DNA of 15,881 nucleotides from Thainema sp. (GTDB lineage Bacteria; Cyanobacteriota; Cyanobacteriia; Phormidesmidales; Phormidesmidaceae): NCBI GenBank assembly GCA_052168235.1, contig JBQLZK010000105.1, positions 1 to 15,881 of the forward strand, read 5' to 3'. Shown piece by piece: positions 10,230 to 15,881 of this stretch (position 1 is its first letter; each line of letters starts with the position of its first letter). The notes under the pieces were generated by a model. It saw only the letters and a program-made list of their open reading frames with translations, ran no database searches and was not told where the DNA came from. The position numbers and the translations under genes were made by a program.

Positions 10230-10258
10230 ATTAGTCCTAGCGTTAGGTAAACCGTTAG
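10230..10258 (+). promoter_or_regulatory. Three RTTAG motifs at exact 12-bp period; candidate operator
   Basis: ATTAG at 10230, GTTAG at 10242 and GTTAG at 10254, in the short gap before the TPS-domain gene. Confidence 0.4.
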
Positions 10259-10313
10259 TTTTCTTGAATTTGCTAAGCCGAGACAATTGATTGGACGGAA
10301 GGTAAAGGCTGCC

Positions 10314-11816
10314 ATGATTACTCAGGCTACACGCTGTAAGTGCAAGCATACTGCTTGGGCAATCAGTGCATTATCTATCTCTTTTATTCTGGGGATACAG
10401 TCTTCAGTCAAGGCCCAATCTATTACTTCTTCTCCAGATGGAACCGGCACCATAGTCAGCCCGAACGGGCAACAGTTTGAAATTAGGGGAGGACAGATTT
10501 CTGGTAGAAATCAATTTCACAGCTTTGATCGATTTAATCTAAATACTGGAGAAACGGCCAATTTTATTACAAATGAGAATATTCAAAATGTTTTAGGTCG
10601 AATTATCGGTGGGGAGCCATCCAGTATTAATGGATTACTTCAGCTCACTGGGGGTAATGCTAATCTCTATTTGATTAATCCAACGGGCATCATCTTTGGG
10701 CCAGAGGCTCGATTAGATGTACCAAGTTCATTTTTTGCGACGACAGCCGATCACTTGCGCTTTGGTGAGAATCTATTTGATGTTTATAATTCAATAGATT
10801 TTTCAGAACTAACAGGTGATCCCACTGGCTTTATCTTCACATCAGATCGAGTTGGTGCAATCCTAAACTTAGGTGAATTGCAAGTGCCGAACGGTGATCT
10901 GGCTTTGTTAGGTGGAACCGTTATTAGTACTGGATCTCTATCAGCAACAGAAGGCAGAATTATTATCACTGCTGTTGAAGGAGGAAATGAAGTCAATATT
11001 AATTACGATGGCAGCCTTCTCACTTTGACTATTCAGCGGACTGATATTCTTAATAACGCCGATGAAAATATAGCTCCAGTTACGTCTTTGCCAGAGCTTT
11101 TAACAGGAAGCGATTTCTCAGATGAAGCTTCCGAATTAGTGGTAAAAGAAGATGGTAGCGTTTGGCTTACTTCATCTTCTGATGGAACAGAAGCTTCTGA
11201 AATTGAGTTGGGTAGAGATGGAATTTTGTACGTTGATGATATTTTTTCTAGTGGGCGTTCTGCTTTTTTATTGTATAGAGATTTAATCAATGATCGATTC
11301 TGGACAGAATTTAGGCGTGATGTAGCCGATGAAGTTTGGTATGCTGATTCCGCTACTGATCGAAGAATTATTCTATCTGTTCAAGATATATCTAATTTAT
11401 CTCTTCAGGGATTTAAATTATATTCTGCCTACAGTTTAGAACTGACAGAAGATGCTTCTACTACACCAAGTGTCCGTTGGGCTAGTCGTGATCCGTCGCC
11501 GATTGAAGGATTGGCTCCTCTACCTGTATCAGACGTAGAACAAAATATGTCCATAACATCTGATCCGATAGAAAGCCCTATAGTTGATGAAACAATTGAT
11601 TCGATGGTATTTAATAGTGCACTTGAACTTAAATCAGGGCTTGGTCTAAATGCTCAGCCTGCGATTGTACCATCTGATTTTCGTTTTACTTTTGAGATAG
11701 ATCCTGCTGCTTTTATCATTGAAAGAACTCCTTGGTCTAGAGATAGTGATGTTTTACTGCCATCACCATCTCTAGATAATCTGTTGATTTTCAGCAGCCA
11801 AGAAAATAGTTCATAA
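10314..11816 (+). CDS. Filamentous-haemagglutinin N-terminal (TPS) domain protein with Sec signal peptide and acidic tail
   Basis: Signal-like N-terminus ending VKA|QSI. TPS motifs DGTGT, NQFHSFDRFNL, IQNVLGRIIGGEPSSING, NLYLINPTGIIFG (NPxG), FFATTA, DLALLGG and SLPELLTG. The ATG at 10314 is preferred over the TTG at 10287. Confidence 0.87.
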   Translation: MITQATRCKCKHTAWAISALSISFILGIQSSVKAQSITSSPDGTGTIVSPNGQQFEIRGGQISGRNQFHSFDRFNLNTGETANFITNENIQNVLGRIIGGEPSSINGLLQLTGGNANLYLINPTGIIFGPEARLDVPSSFFATTADHLRFGENLFDVYNSIDFSELTGDPTGFIFTSDRVGAILNLGELQVPNGDLALLGGTVISTGSLSATEGRIIITAVEGGNEVNINYDGSLLTLTIQRTDILNNADENIAPVTSLPELLTGSDFSDEASELVVKEDGSVWLTSSSDGTEASEIELGRDGILYVDDIFSSGRSAFLLYRDLINDRFWTEFRRDVADEVWYADSATDRRIILSVQDISNLSLQGFKLYSAYSLELTEDASTTPSVRWASRDPSPIEGLAPLPVSDVEQNMSITSDPIESPIVDETIDSMVFNSALELKSGLGLNAQPAIVPSDFRFTFEIDPAAFIIERTPWSRDSDVLLPSPSLDNLLIFSSQENSS

Positions 11817-11910
11817 AACCAAGAATATAATCCTTTAATAAAGAATATTCCTGATCAGAAAAATGTATTGATTCAAATTATCATTTTTGATATTGGTTGG
11901 ATTATAAGCC

Positions 11911-14900
11911 ATGAAGCCGCCCATTAATCAAATATATGAATATCAGGTTGGAGGCTGCCTTACCTATGATGCTTCCAGCTATATTGAACGTGAAGCAGAT
12001 AATATCTTAATTCGGCAGCTTTCTGCCGGTGAATTTTGTTACATATTTAATTCGCGCCAAATGGGTAAATCAAGCTTGCGCGTTCGGACAATGTCTAAAC
12101 TTCGAAATTACAATAATAAATGTACTTCCATCGATATTTCCGAATTTTGCAGCGCTGATTCTACTAAACTAAATTGGTATGCAGGTATTACAAACAAATT
12201 GAGTCGAAACTTAGGCTTAAATCATTTTTTCGATTTTCGCCAGTTTTGGAATAATGATAATTGCTTTTCCCCTTTACAGAAGTTAGCACAGTTTATTGAT
12301 GAGATTTTGCTAAATCATATTCATCAGCCTATTATAATTTTTTTTGATGAAGTTGATAGTGTCCTAAGCCTAGATTTCTCGACCGATGAGTTTTTTGCTT
12401 ACATTCGGAGTTGTTACAATAAACGTGCTGAAGATTCTCGTTATAAGCGATTAATATTTTGCTTGTTAGGAGTCATTACTCCTTCTGATCTCATTCAAGA
12501 TAAGCAACGAACTCCGTTCAATATTGGTAGAGCTATTCCATTAAGCGGATTGCAGTTTGAGCAAGCTAAACCGCTTGCGAATGGTTTGGTAGAATTTGCC
12601 CAACAGCCTGAAGTCTTGTTGCAAGAAATCTTACATTGGACAGCTGGACAGCCCTTTTTGACACAAAAGCTTTGCCGTCTCATTTGCGAATGCCAAGCAT
12701 TTGTTCAATCTGGAGATGAGACTGCCTACATAGAAAAACTTGTTCATAGTCATGTCATTACAAACTGGGAATCTCAAGACGAACCACCGCATTTTCGGAC
12801 GATTCGAGATCGTCTGCTACGAGATGAATCTAAAGCCGCTCGTGTACTAAGCTTGTACCAGCAACTTTTAGATGGTGCTGATGTCCCCATAAATGATTCT
12901 GCTGAACAACTAGAACTCCGTTTATCAGGGTTAGTTTGCTGTCAGACGGGTTTTCTCCGTCTACATAATCCTATTTACGCCGCTATTTTTAATATACACT
13001 GGACACAAGTCACTCTAGCGAACCTACGCCCCTATGCCAGCGCGATTTCAGCTTGGACAGAATCTGATTGTCAAGATGAATCTTGTTTATTACAGAGTGA
13101 TGCACTTGATACAGCATTGACATGGTCAACTCATAAGAGCCTAAGCCCAATTGATTATCAATTCCTTTCTGCTAGCCAAGATTTGAACAATCGTAAAATC
13201 CAAGCAGCTTTAGTTGCAGAGAAACAAGCTAACCAGATTTTGCATCGTGCTCATTGGCGAGCTCGGCGAATCATCGTAGGTACAGTTGCTCTAACTGTTA
13301 TAGCCGTCGGTTTAAGTGGAATTGGAGTTGCGATTGTAACAGCTGAAGCCCGAGGCAAAGTTACAGAAGCACAAGGCGAAGTCCGTGAACTACGCTCCGA
13401 AGCTCAATCTCAGCTGGAGCAACAGAAGAAACTAGAAAAAGATAGACAGAATTTGCAGGCTGAAATCGCAAGCCTACAGCAACTTAAAAGTAAAGGACAG
13501 AAAGAGCTAGATGCTGCAAGATCAGAGATGCAGAGTCTCAAGCAAAACGCTCAAAGCGCTGAAGTAATTGCTCATCAGTTACAATCCCAAATAGTTCAAG
13601 CTGAAGTTAGACAAAAAGAATTACAACAAGATATCTTAAATACAGAATCAGTTCTTAATGTAGTTGAGCGCCATAGTAGGCTTATACAGCTAGAGCAAAA
13701 CAGTGAACAGCTTGATCAGATTCAATCACTCTTTCAGGTATTAGCGATCACTCAAGATCTCAAAAGACATAGCCCAGATACTGAAGGGCTTTTCGAGGCT
13801 CTTTGGCAAGGATACAGATTTATAGAATCGTTACTTAGCCACTTTCAAGCTGTCAATCAGTTTGATACTCAGCAAGCAGAGATTTTTGCGATTGATATTG
13901 CCTCTAGCAGTCAACAAATCATTACGGGTGATGCTGATGGTGTTATTGCCTTGTGGAGTATAAATGGCCACTTATTACGGACATGGAAGGCCGATACAGA
14001 ACATATTAATGACTTACAGTTTTCTCCTGATGAACAGACCATTGTTGCTGTTGGCTATTCTGGTAAAGTTCAACTTTGGTCACTGCAAGGTGAAAAACAA
14101 TTTGAGTGGACAAAGTTTGATGGTGAGATCTATGCAACTAAGATTTTACCAAATAGCCAAAGCCTAGTCATTGCGGGAGAAAAGGGGAAAGTCGGTATTT
14201 TAGCGTTTGATCAAAATCGCTATATTTCTTTAAGCAATTCAGATAAGCATCGTAATCTTGTTATCGATATCGCTATATCACCCACTGGTGACATGATTGC
14301 AACTGGAGATATTGATGGCAAGGTTATTCTGTGGAACCGTAATGGTGATCAGCTAGCTAAATTTGAGCAGCTAGAACGTGTTTTGAGTCTTGCTTTTAGT
14401 CCAGATGGCAAACAGTTACTAATAGGTGGTGGAGATGGCGCAAGAGTTTGGTCAATTAGCGGGTCAGCTAAGATTAATGATGTAAATCACCCTGAAAGGG
14501 GGCGATACCGAGCCTTGCAGGTTGCTTTTAGCAATGATGGCAATTTCCTAATAACCGCTGGCGATCGAACAATTCAAATTTGGGATCGAACAACTTACAC
14601 TTTGGTCAATGAATTAGATCAGCATCAAGGCGCAGTCAATGCGTTAGCTCTCTTCTCTAACAACGATCATTTTGTCTCCGCTGGAGACGATGGGATGGTT
14701 AGGCTCTGGGATCTAGCTGCGTTGAATAATTCCCGTATTCAAGTGCAAGCATCTAGTAGTGAGGTTTTGCCAGACGCTGCTATTCGTTTAGATCCACAGA
14801 ATCGAATTATTGCAACGGCAGCAAAAGGCCACTTAGCATTTGGAAATCAACGCAATTTGACAGCTTTTGATTCAGATGTAGTAGAGCAAGGCGAAAACTC

Positions 14901-15762
14901 AACCATCATTGATATCGATATCAGCCCTAATCAGCAGCGTATAGCGACTATTAGTTTAGATGAGATTAGGGGTACCTTTGTACAAATCCGAGATCGCTCA
15001 GATGGCAAGATTCTCAGATCATGGCAACCCAATCAAGGGCGAATCGCTGAAGCTCGTTTTAGTCCAGATAATCAACACATTGCAACTGCTGGCTTCAACG
15101 GAATTGAAGTTTACGATACATCGTCTGGTAGGCTAGTGAGCCGTTTCTCAACACCAGACCGAATGGCAACTAGCTTAGTGTTTAGCCCTAATAATGAGCA
15201 AATCATAGTTGTTTTCGATGATGGCCAACTGGAATGGTGGAGATGGCAAGATCAGACTCGATTGCGCGAACTTAAGGCTCACGATGGTTGGGCTGTCACT
15301 ACAGATATGAGTCCTGACGGTCAACTACTCGCAACATCTGGAGAAGATGGTCAGATCAAAATTTGGAGCCAGTCCGGTGTAAAGCTTGCAACAGTCTCAG
15401 AGAATAGCCATGTAGGAATTGTCCGTGCTGTGCAGTTCAGTCCGAATGGCAACATGCTAGCTACCGCAGGAGATGACGGCTATATCAAAATTTGGTGGAT
15501 ACAGAACGGCGATGACAGATTAGACGTACGTCTAATGCAAGAATTTTCGCTACGCCAGGGTGTGAAAGGAATTGACTTTAGTGCAGACGGTCGCCAGTTA
15601 GCTTCTATCACTGATGCTGGGGAAGTAACTCTATGGCAAATTCCTGATGCTCCAGATTTAGATAGGGCTGTTGCTACGGCTTGTAGCCGTTTACGCTTTT
15701 ATCTCCAAACTCATCCAGCGGAGCAAGACAAATTAACGATTTGCGCTGATACACCTCGGTAG
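11911..15762 (+). CDS. AAA_35 NTPase - transmembrane helix - coiled coil - about 14 WD40 repeats
   Basis: YQVGG...YIEREAD, Walker A NSRQMGKSS (K53), Walker B IIFFDEVD (D146), RTPFNIG, WTAGQPFLTQKLC and NWESQDEPPHFRTIRDRLL. TM segment IIVGTVALTVIAVGLSGIGVAIV (aa 454-476) is followed by Q/E/K heptads. 14 WD40-like units (FSPDG...ATxGxDGxIKIW) were counted by eye. Confidence 0.93.
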   Translation: MKPPINQIYEYQVGGCLTYDASSYIEREADNILIRQLSAGEFCYIFNSRQMGKSSLRVRTMSKLRNYNNKCTSIDISEFCSADSTKLNWYAGITNKLSRNLGLNHFFDFRQFWNNDNCFSPLQKLAQFIDEILLNHIHQPIIIFFDEVDSVLSLDFSTDEFFAYIRSCYNKRAEDSRYKRLIFCLLGVITPSDLIQDKQRTPFNIGRAIPLSGLQFEQAKPLANGLVEFAQQPEVLLQEILHWTAGQPFLTQKLCRLICECQAFVQSGDETAYIEKLVHSHVITNWESQDEPPHFRTIRDRLLRDESKAARVLSLYQQLLDGADVPINDSAEQLELRLSGLVCCQTGFLRLHNPIYAAIFNIHWTQVTLANLRPYASAISAWTESDCQDESCLLQSDALDTALTWSTHKSLSPIDYQFLSASQDLNNRKIQAALVAEKQANQILHRAHWRARRIIVGTVALTVIAVGLSGIGVAIVTAEARGKVTEAQGEVRELRSEAQSQLEQQKKLEKDRQNLQAEIASLQQLKSKGQKELDAARSEMQSLKQNAQSAEVIAHQLQSQIVQAEVRQKELQQDILNTESVLNVVERHSRLIQLEQNSEQLDQIQSLFQVLAITQDLKRHSPDTEGLFEALWQGYRFIESLLSHFQAVNQFDTQQAEIFAIDIASSSQQIITGDADGVIALWSINGHLLRTWKADTEHINDLQFSPDEQTIVAVGYSGKVQLWSLQGEKQFEWTKFDGEIYATKILPNSQSLVIAGEKGKVGILAFDQNRYISLSNSDKHRNLVIDIAISPTGDMIATGDIDGKVILWNRNGDQLAKFEQLERVLSLAFSPDGKQLLIGGGDGARVWSISGSAKINDVNHPERGRYRALQVAFSNDGNFLITAGDRTIQIWDRTTYTLVNELDQHQGAVNALALFSNNDHFVSAGDDGMVRLWDLAALNNSRIQVQASSSEVLPDAAIRLDPQNRIIATAAKGHLAFGNQRNLTAFDSDVVEQGENSTIIDIDISPNQQRIATISLDEIRGTFVQIRDRSDGKILRSWQPNQGRIAEARFSPDNQHIATAGFNGIEVYDTSSGRLVSRFSTPDRMATSLVFSPNNEQIIVVFDDGQLEWWRWQDQTRLRELKAHDGWAVTTDMSPDGQLLATSGEDGQIKIWSQSGVKLATVSENSHVGIVRAVQFSPNGNMLATAGDDGYIKIWWIQNGDDRLDVRLMQEFSLRQGVKGIDFSADGRQLASITDAGEVTLWQIPDAPDLDRAVATACSRLRFYLQTHPAEQDKLTICADTPR

Positions 15763-15881
15763 TGATGAGATATAGAAGCTCCACAAGATTTTAGTTCTTC
15801 ATTGCGTGATCGGTGCAACGAATATCATTAGACTTTATCGGAAATAGGAGAGCAGTCGCTGCGAACCAACTTCACCCGTGG

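Noticed and set aside
11817..11910. TATAAT at 11826, AAGAATAT twice, and the inverted pair TATAATCC/GGATTATA in the intergenic gap
   Set aside because: The context is very AT-rich, there is no -35 box and the arms are short and far apart, so chance is a sufficient explanation. An internal promoter is not excluded.
12338..12345. T8 homopolymer at Walker B as a possible phase-variation tract
   Set aside because: It is short, explained by Ile-Phe-Phe codons, and the frame is intact.
8355..15762. Assignment to a named defence system (Avs, Thoeris, CBASS)
   Set aside because: There are no ThsA, cyclase or nuclease partners, and the AAA_35 pair with TM-WD40 does not match those architectures. A defence role remains untested.
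15763..15881. Possible 3' end of a convergent gene (minus-strand frame ...TGEVGSQRLLSYFR*)
   Set aside because: Too short to support without flanking sequence.

Overview
Probably cyanobacterial DNA (HIP1 GCGATCGC octamers, cyanobacterial-type protein families) containing two divergent gene groups. On the minus strand: a stand-alone NfeD-like OB-fold protein, an ExpC-like GT4 glycosyltransferase and a 2065-aa RTX (GGxGxD) Ca-binding type I secretion substrate followed by a hairpin. On the plus strand, behind a sigma70-like promoter: an HTH-TIR-AAA_35 NTPase, a signal-peptide TPS/haemagglutinin-domain protein without a CHAT domain, and an AAA_35-TM-coiled-coil-14xWD40 protein. The most interesting reading, which is inference, is a transmembrane signalling module. 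In it a periplasmic double beta-propeller receptor ATPase pairs with a cytoplasmic DNA-binding TIR ATPase, possibly controlling a glycosylated surface RTX protein. Candidate operators are 12-bp-phased RTTA triplets in front of two of the plus-strand genes. No mobile element, RNA gene or CRISPR array was seen. All family assignments come from motif recognition by eye, not from database searches.
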